From NCBI GenBank assembly GCA_020057505.1, contig JAGVFQ010000057.1, positions 1 through 53,584 of the forward strand: a stretch of DNA of 53,584 nucleotides, in the 5' to 3' direction. Under the pieces are notes generated by a model. That model saw nothing but the letters and a program-made list of their open reading frames with translations. It had not been told where the DNA came from and did no database searches. Positions 18,335 to 26,803 of this stretch are shown here, piece after piece (the first letter of the stretch is position 1; each line of letters opens with the position of its first letter). A program made the translations under genes and the position numbers. The stretch is from Patescibacteria group bacterium (GTDB lineage: Bacteria; Patescibacteriota; Patescibacteriia; JAGVFQ01).

Positions 18335-18392
18335 AATGAAAAAATAAATTAATTTAATCCTATGCAGGTTAATTATACTATAAATTTAAAGA

Positions 18393-18422
18393 TAAAAAAA
18401 GCGTTCTCAAAACTGAGAACGC
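18393..18422 (-). terminator. rho-independent terminator after the YvcK-like gene
   Basis: Minus strand: GCGTTCTC-agtttt-GAGAACGC followed by TTTTTTT. Confidence 0.7.
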
Positions 18423-18434
18423 TGTTCGGACCTC

Positions 18435-19382
18435 CTACTTGCCTAACAAGAATGCGATCTTGCTGGCCAATCGCTTCGAATCATGGCGAGCGATTTCGCC
18501 CTTGGCCAAAAGGGGCGACGCTATGACGAGGCGTCCGTCATATTCGCCACGGATATCGAGCTCGACCGGATAGGCCTGCTCTTCCGCATACTTCGCGAGC
18601 ACATCCGGCTCCGGATCCAGGCTGTTGCAAACCACGAAATCCACCTTTCGACCGAGGTATTTCTCGATCATCTGGACATGGTCCGAGGCCTTGAAACCAC
18701 TCGTCTCGGCGAAGCGCGTCATGATGTTCATGACGTAGAGTAATTTGGCCTTACTCTTCTGGATCGCCTCGGGCACTCCTTGAACCAGAAGGTTGGCGAT
18801 GATGCTGGTAACAAGATCGCCAGGGTCGAGCGCGATGAGGTCGGCATCCCTGATAGCCTCGAGAACCGCCGGATGCGCTTTGGCTTCGGGAACGAGGAGA
18901 ATCTCCTCGAAAGGAGAGCTCTCACCGCGAGTGCCAATGGCATCTTCCGAACGATACCAGATGCCCGCTTTCGAACGAGCGACTAGATGGACATCATCGG
19001 TCGTTACCGGCAGCACGCGATGGTTCGGGGCCAGCTCCAGCCACTCGGAAATATCCAATACCGTATCAATGATGTTGCTCAATTTCGAAGAGCCGGCCGT
19101 GATGATGTTGCCGATCGAGTGGCCCTGAAGATCGCCTCTCTCGAATCGGTGAAGCAAGAGCTTGCGAATCCGGGGATCGTCCGAGAGGGGTGAGAGAGCC
19201 AAGAGGCAACGGAAAAGATCTGAGGGCGGAAGCACTCCCCACTCTACACGGAGAAGGCCACTCGACTTGCCGGAATCCATCATTGAAGTAATGGCAGTGA
19301 TAGCCAATTCCTCAATGTACTTCAAGCCAATCAGCAGGGTAAAATGTCCCGTGCCCCCGCCGATAGTGACGATCTTTTTCAT
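18435..19382 (-). CDS. YvcK/CofD-family protein (gluconeogenesis factor-like, UPF0052)
   Basis: 315 aa. IVTIGGGTGHFTLLIGLK, MDSGKSSGLLR, GHSIGNI and NIMTRFAETSG match the conserved blocks of YvcK/CofD. G+C is visibly elevated. Confidence 0.8.
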   Translation of the reverse strand: MKKIVTIGGGTGHFTLLIGLKYIEELAITAITSMMDSGKSSGLLRVEWGVLPPSDLFRCLLALSPLSDDPRIRKLLLHRFERGDLQGHSIGNIITAGSSKLSNIIDTVLDISEWLELAPNHRVLPVTTDDVHLVARSKAGIWYRSEDAIGTRGESSPFEEILLVPEAKAHPAVLEAIRDADLIALDPGDLVTSIIANLLVQGVPEAIQKSKAKLLYVMNIMTRFAETSGFKASDHVQMIEKYLGRKVDFVVCNSLDPEPDVLAKYAEEQAYPVELDIRGEYDGRLVIASPLLAKGEIARHDSKRLASKIAFLLGK

Positions 19383-19385
19383 GAT

Positions 19386-19688
19386 CTACTCCTTTCTTTC
19401 CGCTCCGATGCCAATTCCTTGGCTCCGGAGATAAGCTTTGCGTTTTTCTGCCAACTCCCTGCCTTCTTCCACGGTCCAATCGCCTGGGTAGGCGAAGGCG
19501 CAATCGGGATTCCTCATGCAGCCGCAAACCCACATCATAACTTTCTCGCCATCAGGGAAGGTCACCTCACACAACTCAAGGTCGTCATCATGACCAAACC
19601 CCGTGCAGCACACCGAGCATTGTCTCTTGGACCCTTTCTTCTCGATAGATCCCAAGACAATATAAGTACCGTTACGTTCCGTTAACAT
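19386..19688 (-). CDS. small cysteine-rich protein (9 Cys), unknown function
   Basis: 100 aa from the ATG at 19688, with GGAGGA 7 nt upstream. Contains CSVCC ... C ... CGC ... C. Ends 3 nt before the YvcK-like start, so it is probably co-transcribed. Confidence 0.5.
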   Translation of the reverse strand: MLTERNGTYIVLGSIEKKGSKRQCSVCCTGFGHDDDLELCEVTFPDGEKVMMWVCGCMRNPDCAFAYPGDWTVEEGRELAEKRKAYLRSQGIGIGAERKE

Positions 19689-19747
19689 GGCTTTATCCTC
19701 CAAAATTGTTTAATTTGTCAAAAAACTTTCCTTTTATTTAATACTCT

Positions 19748-19776
19748 ATCTTAAACTAAATTTACAAAAAAGTCAA
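19748..19776 (-). promoter_or_regulatory. sigma70-like promoter (TTGACT - 17 nt - TAAGAT)
   Basis: The minus strand reads cTTGACTtttttgtaaatttagttTAAGAT, about 60 nt upstream of the Cys-rich ORF. Confidence 0.5.
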
Positions 19777-19941
19777 GAGCGGGTATAATAAAAAATATCT
19801 CCCCCCTCAAGGTATTAAGGACAAAAACAGGAGAACAAGCGAGAGCTTGCTGATTCAGTAAAATGCGCCAATTAAGAAAACAAGTTTTCGCTTGAACTCC
19901 TAATCTACCTTTTACTCCCTCCAAGGTAATCTTAAAAAATT

Positions 19942-21108
19942 ATGCTAAACCTATCAAATAAAAAAATTCTCGTCTTTACCGGCGGTGGGGTAGCTCCGGC
20001 TTTGAATCCAACTCTTTATGGCGTGATCACCGCCGCGAGAAAAGAAGGGGCTTATGTTTTGGGTGGACTTTACGGCTGGGCTTCGCTTTTGAAAAATGGC
20101 AAAATAATTAATCTTAATAATTTAAAAATTGATTCGCTCCAAGACGCCGGCGGTACTTTTTTGCGCTCTTCGAGAACCAATCCCCTTTCTCTCGCCGACG
20201 GGCTAGAACAAGTCAAAGAGAAAATTAAGGAATTAAACATAGATTCTATTGTCGCCATCGGCGGCAATGACACACTGACTGCCGCATATAAATTGGCCAA
20301 GGCGGGATTGCCGATTGTCAGCGTGCCCAAAACCATTGATAATGATTTGTCCGAAACCTACTTTACTCCCGGTTTTCCCTCGGCTGCCAATTATCTCGCG
20401 AACTTTACCAGGGAAATAAAAGAAGACGCCGCCTACGCGCTCTCAAGAATTTTCATTATTGAAGCTATGGGTATGGAAGCCGGCTGGCTCAGCCTATCAT
20501 CAATTTACGGCCACGCCGATGTCATCCTGCCGCCGGAATGGCAATTCAATTTTAACAATGTTTTAAAAACTATCAGTGAGCGCTACGAAAAAAATGGCAA
20601 TTATGCCGTTGTCGTCATTGCTCAAGAAGCGCACTTTGATGAAGCTATTGAAGCCAGAGCCGAAAATCAAATCGGTGAGCAATACGGCCATGTTCGAAAA
20701 AGTTTTATTTGTCTGTCATTGAAAGATAGAATTAAAAAAGAATTGGGCATTGATACGAAAGCCTTATACCCGGGCAATTTTCTTGAAACTGGAAAATCCT
20801 CGCCGTTGGATCGCGACTTGGCGATTAAGCTAGGACGAAAAGCTATTGAATTAATAAAAAAAGAACAATACGGTTTTATGGCGAATATTATCAGGCCGAA
20901 TAATCAAACAACAACTTTAAAAATTAACTCCATATCATTGGATAAAGTTATCGGCGAGGAAAATTATCGAAGACTGCCTGAAAATTATTTTGATAGAGAA
21001 AAATTTCTGCCTACCAAAAAATTCCTAGACTACATGGAACCGATTCTGGGTAAATACAAGCCAAAAGAAGATGAATATACAAAACTTATAAAAAAAATAA
21101 AGGGCTAA
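19942..21108 (+). CDS. pfkA: 6-phosphofructokinase (PfkA family, divergent; phosphoryl donor not assignable)
   Basis: 388 aa. LVFTGGGVAPALN, IGGNDTL and PKTIDNDL match the PfkA signatures. Confidence 0.8.
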   Translation: MLNLSNKKILVFTGGGVAPALNPTLYGVITAARKEGAYVLGGLYGWASLLKNGKIINLNNLKIDSLQDAGGTFLRSSRTNPLSLADGLEQVKEKIKELNIDSIVAIGGNDTLTAAYKLAKAGLPIVSVPKTIDNDLSETYFTPGFPSAANYLANFTREIKEDAAYALSRIFIIEAMGMEAGWLSLSSIYGHADVILPPEWQFNFNNVLKTISERYEKNGNYAVVVIAQEAHFDEAIEARAENQIGEQYGHVRKSFICLSLKDRIKKELGIDTKALYPGNFLETGKSSPLDRDLAIKLGRKAIELIKKEQYGFMANIIRPNNQTTTLKINSISLDKVIGEENYRRLPENYFDREKFLPTKKFLDYMEPILGKYKPKEDEYTKLIKKIKG

Positions 21109-21130
21109 CTTAAAAAGTTAGTCCTTTTTT
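21105..21130 (+). terminator. rho-independent terminator of pfkA
   Basis: CTAACTT-aaa-AAGTTAG then TCCTTTTTT, overlapping the stop codon. Confidence 0.65.
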
Positions 21131-21148
21131 AAATCCTCCTTACCGAAT

Positions 21149-22261
21149 TTATTTGGGATAATCTTTCCACCATTCAAGAAGCTTGGCCTTGCGCTCCTCT
21201 CGGGACGGAATCCCACTCCAAGGTCCGATATTTGCGACCTTGCGAGCCGCTATCCAGCCCGCCATTCGTAGACAAACCTCGATCGGCGGCTTCTTACCCC
21301 GCAGACAATAATAATAGACAAACGCCGCTAGGTGGATATCGCCCGCGCCAGTCTGATCTTTGGCCTCTACAGGAAAAGCTGGCTGCAATACCGGCACTCC
21401 GCCTTTCTCGAGCATTATCGCTCCATATTTGCCGAGAGTCACAATGATGATGTTTTGGCTGTAGCTTTCGAATTCCTTAATTCTTTCGTGGGCGTTTTCG
21501 GCGTTAAATTGGCCACCTAACAACCCCTCTGCTTCATCATCATTCATTTGGACGATACTGCTACGAGAGATAAGACTCATTAAATCTTGACGGTGCAACT
21601 GGCTCCGGATGAGCTCGGAGTTGGGCATGAAGACGCAAATCTGCGTACCGTCAAAAACTGCACCTACAGTTTCGAGATCCATCGGCTTCACCGACGCGGC
21701 AAAAACAACGCGGGGAGTGAAAGTGCGAAGCCGATTCAAAATGTCCTCACTAATCTTGTAGGGCGGCTTCTCACAAAAAACCGTCGATTCCCCCGTGGAC
21801 GGATCGCGAATTGAAAGGCTTAAGGCCGTTCCTTGGCGTTCAAACAAAAGCAATTTGAGTTTCCGCTCCAGCATCGCCCGCTCAAGGAACTTCCCTGTTT
21901 TGCCAGTGCCAATCGGCGCGACCACACCGATATCGGAAATGCCGAGAGAATTGAGAGTGAAGGCAATATTAATACTGCTACCCGCTGGAAACCGACGGGA
22001 AGTTTCGGCTTTCACTGCTATTGTGATTTTATCGCCGCCTTCTGATGTGATCTCAAAGGTTTCATCGCCTTCCCCTGAAGGATAACGCTCAATCGATCGG
22101 ACAACAGCCTTCCTGCCGACTGAAAAATCAAAACCGTCGGCATCAGGTGCGGGAAGCTTGGCAACTGCTGATATTTCCTCGTTTACTGATGGACCGACGG
22201 CCACAAGGCATTTTTCAACGCCTCTGGTGAATGTTAACAATCCGTCATGGCAGATTTCCAT
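21149..22261 (-). CDS. PfkB-family carbohydrate/nucleoside kinase-like protein with an N-terminal insertion
   Basis: 370 aa. The C-terminal DQTGAGDIHLAAFVYY (PfkB GAGD anion hole) and the mid-region FPAGSSINIAFTLNSLG fit the family. G+C is visibly elevated. Confidence 0.7.
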   Translation of the reverse strand: MEICHDGLLTFTRGVEKCLVAVGPSVNEEISAVAKLPAPDADGFDFSVGRKAVVRSIERYPSGEGDETFEITSEGGDKITIAVKAETSRRFPAGSSINIAFTLNSLGISDIGVVAPIGTGKTGKFLERAMLERKLKLLLFERQGTALSLSIRDPSTGESTVFCEKPPYKISEDILNRLRTFTPRVVFAASVKPMDLETVGAVFDGTQICVFMPNSELIRSQLHRQDLMSLISRSSIVQMNDDEAEGLLGGQFNAENAHERIKEFESYSQNIIIVTLGKYGAIMLEKGGVPVLQPAFPVEAKDQTGAGDIHLAAFVYYYCLRGKKPPIEVCLRMAGWIAARKVANIGPWSGIPSREERKAKLLEWWKDYPK

Positions 22262-22322
22262 GGTCGTTCTCCTTGTTTTATTCCAAATTTTTACTTATTT
22301 TTTTGTCAAAAAGCTATATGGC

Positions 22323-22351
22323 AGATTACCATAATTAATAAAAAAAGTCAA
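22323..22351 (-). promoter_or_regulatory. sigma70-like promoter (TTGACT - 17 nt - TAATCT)
   Basis: The minus strand reads cTTGACTttttttattaattatggTAATCT. As at 19716-19721, a second TTTTTGACAA box follows, here at 22304-22309. Confidence 0.45.
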
Positions 22352-22407
22352 GCTAAAAATGAATAAAAAATCGCTCAATAATTATTGAGCGATTTAAAGA
22401 CAGAAGT

Positions 22408-22686
22408 TTAGAGACACCGGGTCTCCATGATTTTGAACCGTTTTCTAAACTCCCTGGCAGGCAAAATTTCGGGGAATTTGCCATTGCCGTTTCTAGGAGT
22501 CGCAACAACGACTTTTTTTGCCCTATCCCCAAACACCCCCACGCAACCTGATCTTCTGAGTCTCGCCCGTTCCAAACTATTGCAAGGATAATTGCCGTCA
22601 TAGCAGCGATATTGACCACGAAATTCTCCATTTTTTTCCTGCCAATAAACTACAAACAATTCCGTTGCTTCGTTGCGATTTGCCAT
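22408..22686 (-). CDS. small hypothetical protein
   Basis: 92 aa with a strong RBS (AAGGAGGaaacaaATG). G+C is elevated. No family recognised. Confidence 0.45.
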   Translation of the reverse strand: MANRNEATELFVVYWQEKNGEFRGQYRCYDGNYPCNSLERARLRRSGCVGVFGDRAKKVVVATPRNGNGKFPEILPAREFRKRFKIMETRCL

Positions 22687-22717
22687 TTGTTTCCTCCTTA
22701 ATGCGTTTAAATTTTAA

Positions 22718-22731
22718 AGGACAAGTGTCCT
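22718..22731. promoter_or_regulatory. perfect 6-2-6 palindrome AGGACAagTGTCCT (operator-like)
   Basis: Sits 32 nt upstream of the ATG at 22686, next to an AT-rich TAAAAT box. Confidence 0.4.
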
Positions 22732-22745
22732 CTTGATTTTTATAC

Positions 22746-22777
22746 AAAATAAAACCAGTCCCGAGGGCGGGACCGGT
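22746..22777 (-). terminator. rho-independent terminator
   Basis: Minus strand: ACCGGTCCC-gccctc-GGGACTGGT followed by TTTTATTTT. Confidence 0.65.
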
Positions 22778-22973
22778 TGCGTGTTTTATCTTATCTTTTT
22801 ATCAATCTCTTAACGCAAAACCTTCCGCCCTCTTGGGCTGGCTAATAATGATAATAATGAAAATAATACCCGAGAATATTTCCAGGGCTTCGAAGGTAAT
22901 TAATTGTATCAGTTTATCTAATTCCATATGCAGACATCTTATACTAAATTTAAATACTTGTCAAATAATATCC

Positions 22974-23666
22974 TTATTTTATCGGGAGAGTAATAATTTG
23001 GGCCGAATCAATAATTTTTTGAGCCAGATCTCTATTTTGATTGAACTCTGAATCGACTATTTGCACGGCCAAAGAATACACTTTATTCTCTGTTTTATTT
23101 TTAACCAAAAAATCCTTTGAAAGCATATGGACAATAAATCCGTCCACGGCGTAAGTCAATTCCATATTGGCCACAGTATCGCCCACGTCTTGTTTTAAAA
23201 TCTGGAGATTCCTCACCTTAGTCGACTCTTCTTTGATATCATCGGCGATAATGGTTTTCAAATCTTTCTTAGCATCAGCGGTTGTCTCTATGGCCATCAA
23301 TTGCATGAATTCATTGTCCGTTTCCATGAGTAAAAGTTTGACATTCGGCGGGAAGCTATCCTTTGGCAAAACTTCCGCCTTGATTTCCGACCAATCGGGA
23401 TATGCAAAAGTAAAACCGTCCGGCCCGTAAAATTTAATCAGATTATCCTGCTTGGTCTCAAGGGTATTGATGGTGCCGGACTGCATGGTGAGTATCAATT
23501 CATTTTGGATCCTGAGCCAAATCAAGAGATAATAGCTCGTGGCGAAGAAAATTATTATTACGGCCAGGAGCAGCAACGAATAAAAATCATCGAATACTTT
23601 TCCTCGAATATTCTTAATCAATTTTTGAATTTTTTTGCTTAATCTTTGTTTTTTAGGCCTCCTCAT
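22974..23666 (-). CDS. membrane-anchored hypothetical protein
   Basis: 230 aa. Basic N-terminus, then one TM helix (LLLLAVIIIFFATSYYLLIWL). Confidence 0.5.
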   Translation of the reverse strand: MRRPKKQRLSKKIQKLIKNIRGKVFDDFYSLLLLAVIIIFFATSYYLLIWLRIQNELILTMQSGTINTLETKQDNLIKFYGPDGFTFAYPDWSEIKAEVLPKDSFPPNVKLLLMETDNEFMQLMAIETTADAKKDLKTIIADDIKEESTKVRNLQILKQDVGDTVANMELTYAVDGFIVHMLSKDFLVKNKTENKVYSLAVQIVDSEFNQNRDLAQKIIDSAQIITLPIK

Positions 23667-23679
23667 GTATCAAAAATTA

Positions 23680-23937
23680 TTATTTAGACAATTGCTTGTC
23701 GCCGGCTTTCATTCGGCTAAAAACATAGAGATAAAGTATCTCTAGGATGCCCAAAGTATTCACGACTAAGAGAATAATAAACCAGGCATAGCTATTTTTT
23801 TGCGCAGCACGCCAGAGAGCCATACCCTTCCAAATAATAGACCAAATAAATATAAGCGCCAAAATGATAAACCAAAAAATCTGCATCTCGCCAGAGACGG
23901 TTGGAGCAAAAGGCGGCAAATTCAATAGACTGAACAT
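23680..23937 (-). CDS. small two-TM membrane protein
   Basis: 85 aa with two hydrophobic helices. Confidence 0.45.
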   Translation of the reverse strand: MFSLLNLPPFAPTVSGEMQIFWFIILALIFIWSIIWKGMALWRAAQKNSYAWFIILLVVNTLGILEILYLYVFSRMKAGDKQLSK

Positions 23938-24050
23938 AAAAATTATATTTAATTAGCGATTACGCAAAGAAGTGATTTTCTTCCCCCGCTTTTTTTGATG
24001 TTTTCGATTAGCTATTCTTGTTTTTTTGTCCATAAAAAAATTAAAATAAT

Positions 24051-24392
24051 TTATATTCGCTTGATTGAACTATTGGAAATCCAAGATACGAGCGTGAGAA
24101 TTAATCCAGCGACAAAGGCCGGCCAAAAACCCGCGACATAAAAACCCTTAATAAAAGTCGAGACAAACCAAATCAGAAAGGCATTAATTACTAAAACAAA
24201 CAATCCCAGAGTAACAATATTGATAGGTAAGGTGAGAATAATCAGAATCGGCCTCACGAGAGCGTTCATAATACCCAAAACCAAAGCCACGATAAGCGCG
24301 GTATAGAAATTATTCACGCTAAATCCGGGAATAATATATGGCAGGATTAAAATTGTTAAGGCGTTGATCAACCAACGTAAAAGGATTGACAT
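24051..24392 (-). CDS. DUF360 / phage-holin-4-like small membrane protein
   Basis: 113 aa with 4 TM helices. WLINALTILILPYIIPG ... ALVRPIL ... LPI pattern typical of PF04020-type proteins. Confidence 0.6.
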   Translation of the reverse strand: MSILLRWLINALTILILPYIIPGFSVNNFYTALIVALVLGIMNALVRPILIILTLPINIVTLGLFVLVINAFLIWFVSTFIKGFYVAGFWPAFVAGLILTLVSWISNSSIKRI

Positions 24393-24395
24393 AGT

Positions 24396-24485
24396 TTTAG
24401 AATTTAAAATTTTTAATTTTTAAATAAATTTCTAATGAATTAATTTTTAAAAATTATAAAATTAAAACATTATTTAAAAATTAAA
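24396..24485. repeat. AT-rich intergenic element, copy 2 of 3 (partial)
   Basis: Shares TTAATTTTTAAAAATTATAAAATTAAAACATT with copy 1. Confidence 0.55.
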
Positions 24486-24866
24486 TTAAATCATTTTTTC
24501 AAGTTCTTGCCTTATATCATCGGGAATCGGTATCTTTTTCCCCGTAGGGCTCACGCCCGGATAGCGCCAAGCCGAAATAATTCTAACCTTGGAAATACCG
24601 CCGCTAAGGCCAAAAGATGGCTTATCTTTTACCGACTGATACATCAACCAAATCTCTTGGCGCCAAACTGGCTTGCCCGTGATAATCTTTACAGAAGCGG
24701 GCTGCATCAAAGCGATAGTGTTGGGCGCGACACCTTCTTCTTTTCTCTGCGGCTTCCGTAAAATCTTTTTCACTCGGCTCGGCGACAAGCCATAAAATTT
24801 CATTTTGGCCTTTGCGTGCTCGGTCCAAATAATATTTTCATCTTTACGGGGGAATTTGATATTCAT
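24486..24866 (-). CDS. hypothetical protein, possibly DUF4258-like (RelE/BECR-fold toxin-like)
   Basis: 126 aa. N-terminal IIWTEHAKAKMKFYGLSPSRVKKILRKP resembles the TxHAxxRMxxRGI motif of DUF4258. From memory only. Confidence 0.35.
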   Translation of the reverse strand: MNIKFPRKDENIIWTEHAKAKMKFYGLSPSRVKKILRKPQRKEEGVAPNTIALMQPASVKIITGKPVWRQEIWLMYQSVKDKPSFGLSGGISKVRIISAWRYPGVSPTGKKIPIPDDIRQELEKMI

Positions 24867-24872
24867 AAAAAT

Positions 24873-25040
24873 CTACTCTTCAATTTCTTCTTCATCTCCC
24901 AGCAAATTTTCCGCTACTATATCTTTGTGCTTAGGTTTGTGAATTACTTTTTTTCTCTTTTTTGCCGGAAGATTTTCCTTTAGCGCTTGGCAAACAGCGC
25001 ATCCTTCAAGATATTCTTCTTCTTTTTTCTTTTTAATCAT
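24873..25040 (-). CDS. 55-aa ORF not in the supplied track (CxxC, Lys-rich, acidic tail)
   Basis: Hand-translated as MIKKKKEEEYLEGCAVCQALKENLPAKKRKKVIHKPKHKDIVAENLLGDEEEIEE. The stop is 6 nt before the next ATG at 24866. Confidence 0.3.
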   Translation of the reverse strand: MIKKKKEEEYLEGCAVCQALKENLPAKKRKKVIHKPKHKDIVAENLLGDEEEIEE

Positions 25041-25103
25041 ATGTTTATAATCTAATTTTATATTTTAATTATACCACCTTTTTAATACTATATAAACAGC
25101 TAA

Positions 25104-26099
25104 TTAACTAGCCAACTGACCGCAGGCCGCTTTGATCCCCCGGCCGAAACGATATCGTTCAGCGACTTCAATATCTTTTTTCTCCAAAATCTGTTTGAAT
25201 CTTTTGATGGTTTCGGGCTTAGAAGGCTTAAATACCGCTGTGGCATTATAGGCAATGAGATTAACAAAACAAAGCGGTTTAGGCATTTTATTAATGAGCA
25301 TGGCCAGTTCTCGCGCCTCTTCGTCGCCATCGTTGACGTTCTGAATCATAATATATTCAAACATCACTTTGCGGTTGGTTTTTTCTATATATTTATCTAC
25401 CGCCGCCATAATCATTTCAATCCGATATTTCTTGTCGATAGGCATGATTTTGGAGCGGAGATTGTTATTCGGCGCGTGGAGTGAAATCGCAAGATTGACT
25501 TGCAGCGGCTCATCGGATAATTTTTTAATCCCCGGCACAATGCCAGCCGTAGAAATGCTAATATGCCGCGCGCCAATATTTAGCCCGTCTTTTGCATTCA
25601 AAATTCTCACCGCTTCCAGAACATGGTCATAATTCAAAAATGGTTCACCCATACCCATAAAAACAACATTACTCACTCTTTCGTCCATTTTTTTGAGATA
25701 CCTGGAAAAATACAAAACCTGCTCCACCATCTCCGGTGCGTTAAGATTTCTTTTGAAGCCCATCTTGCCCGTGGCGCAAAACAAACAGCCGAGCGGACAG
25801 CCGACTGCCGACGAAACGCAAACCGTATTCCGACCGTCGCCGTGGCGCATCAAAACCGATTCCACTTTCAAGCCGTCGGTGAGGGTTAATAAAATTTTAA
25901 GCGAATCGTCCTCGGACTTAAAAGTTTCCGCGGTGATCGTAAGCGGACATTCTTGGTTTAGCTTTTCCCGCCAATCCAAAGAAAAATTAGTCGCCTCAGA
26001 CCAATCATTGATTAAATTCTTATAAATCATCTCTTTGGCTTGCCGCAAACGGAATGCCGGCTCGTCTTTTAAAGTTTTTTCCAAATTATTCAAATTCAT
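25104..26099 (-). CDS. rlmN: 23S rRNA/tRNA (adenine-C2)-methyltransferase RlmN (radical SAM)
   Basis: 331 aa. CVSSAVGCPLGCLFCATG (CxxxCxxC), GMGEPFLN, and a C-terminal Cys in GIKAACGQL. Confidence 0.9.
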   Translation of the reverse strand: MNLNNLEKTLKDEPAFRLRQAKEMIYKNLINDWSEATNFSLDWREKLNQECPLTITAETFKSEDDSLKILLTLTDGLKVESVLMRHGDGRNTVCVSSAVGCPLGCLFCATGKMGFKRNLNAPEMVEQVLYFSRYLKKMDERVSNVVFMGMGEPFLNYDHVLEAVRILNAKDGLNIGARHISISTAGIVPGIKKLSDEPLQVNLAISLHAPNNNLRSKIMPIDKKYRIEMIMAAVDKYIEKTNRKVMFEYIMIQNVNDGDEEARELAMLINKMPKPLCFVNLIAYNATAVFKPSKPETIKRFKQILEKKDIEVAERYRFGRGIKAACGQLAS

Positions 26100-26173
26100 A
26101 ATTGATAAATTTAACCTCCCCCTTGCCCCCTCATAATTCCTTTTCTGAAATTATGAGGTCGTAAGGAGGGGTT

Positions 26174-26803
26174 TTATTTTTTAAAATTTTTTCCTTCAAT
26201 AACGATGAGCGCGTGAAAATCCTGATAAAGCCGATAATCTTTTTTAAGCTTTGATTCGAACAATTTTTGCAAATAAGCGTAATCCATATTATATGCCAAT
26301 CTATATCTTTTGGCAAGGCGTCGGGTATATTCATCGATGACAAATATCGGCTTGTCCAAAGCGTAGAGCAAAATGCTATCCGCCGTTTCCGGACCAATGC
26401 CTTTGAGGCTCAAAAATTCTTTTCGCAATTTTTCCAGTGGCTGAACACTAAAATAGTTCGCTATTTTATTTTTTTCACAAATAAATTTTGCGAAATAAAA
26501 AAGATAATTGGCTTTCTGCTGATAAAACCCCGACGGCCGAATAAGGGCGGCTAATTCTTGAATGTCTTTTTTACCAAGCGCGCAAATGGCGGAAATTTTC
26601 GCCTTGCGGGCCTTTTTCAGATTATCCATCGCCAGATCAACGTTCTTCCAATTCGCCTGTTGGGTCAAAATCGCGCCCACCATTACTTCTTCCCTTTCCG
26701 CTTTCGTCTTCGGCCGCCGGCACCAAAGTTGCCATTGGTCTTGCGGCTTGCCATGCTTTTTTCTTAAATCTTTATACAACTTATAAATTTTATTTTGTTT
26801 CAT
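26174..26803 (-). CDS. endonuclease III-related HhH-GPD protein
   Basis: 209 aa. HhH motif LKGIGPETADSILLYA followed by VIDEYTRR (catalytic Asp region). No C-terminal 4-Cys cluster. Confidence 0.7.
   Translation of the reverse strand: MKQNKIYKLYKDLRKKHGKPQDQWQLWCRRPKTKAEREEVMVGAILTQQANWKNVDLAMDNLKKARKAKISAICALGKKDIQELAALIRPSGFYQQKANYLFYFAKFICEKNKIANYFSVQPLEKLRKEFLSLKGIGPETADSILLYALDKPIFVIDEYTRRLAKRYRLAYNMDYAYLQKLFESKLKKDYRLYQDFHALIVIEGKNFKK

Noticed and set aside
18483-19685. Many overlapping ORFs on both strands (86, 71, 68, 111, 68, 90, 73 and 113 aa)
   Set aside because: These are side-effects of locally elevated G+C, which makes stop codons scarce. The YvcK/CofD-like and Cys-rich ORFs explain the region and have RBSs. 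The same reasoning rejects 21232-22085 plus-strand ORFs and 22353-22631.
22802-22927. 41-aa hydrophobic minus-strand ORF (MELDKLIQLITFEALEIFSGIIFIIIIISQPKRAEGFALRD), and a 26-aa basic ORF at about 23960-24040
   Set aside because: Both are below reliable size. The 41-aa ORF has no convincing RBS and I did not look for one upstream of the 26-aa ORF. Both are noted only as possible small membrane or basic peptides.
24051-24392. Holin-like gene as evidence of a prophage
   Set aside because: PF04020/DUF360-type proteins are common chromosomal membrane proteins. No endolysin, capsid, terminase or integrase gene is nearby.
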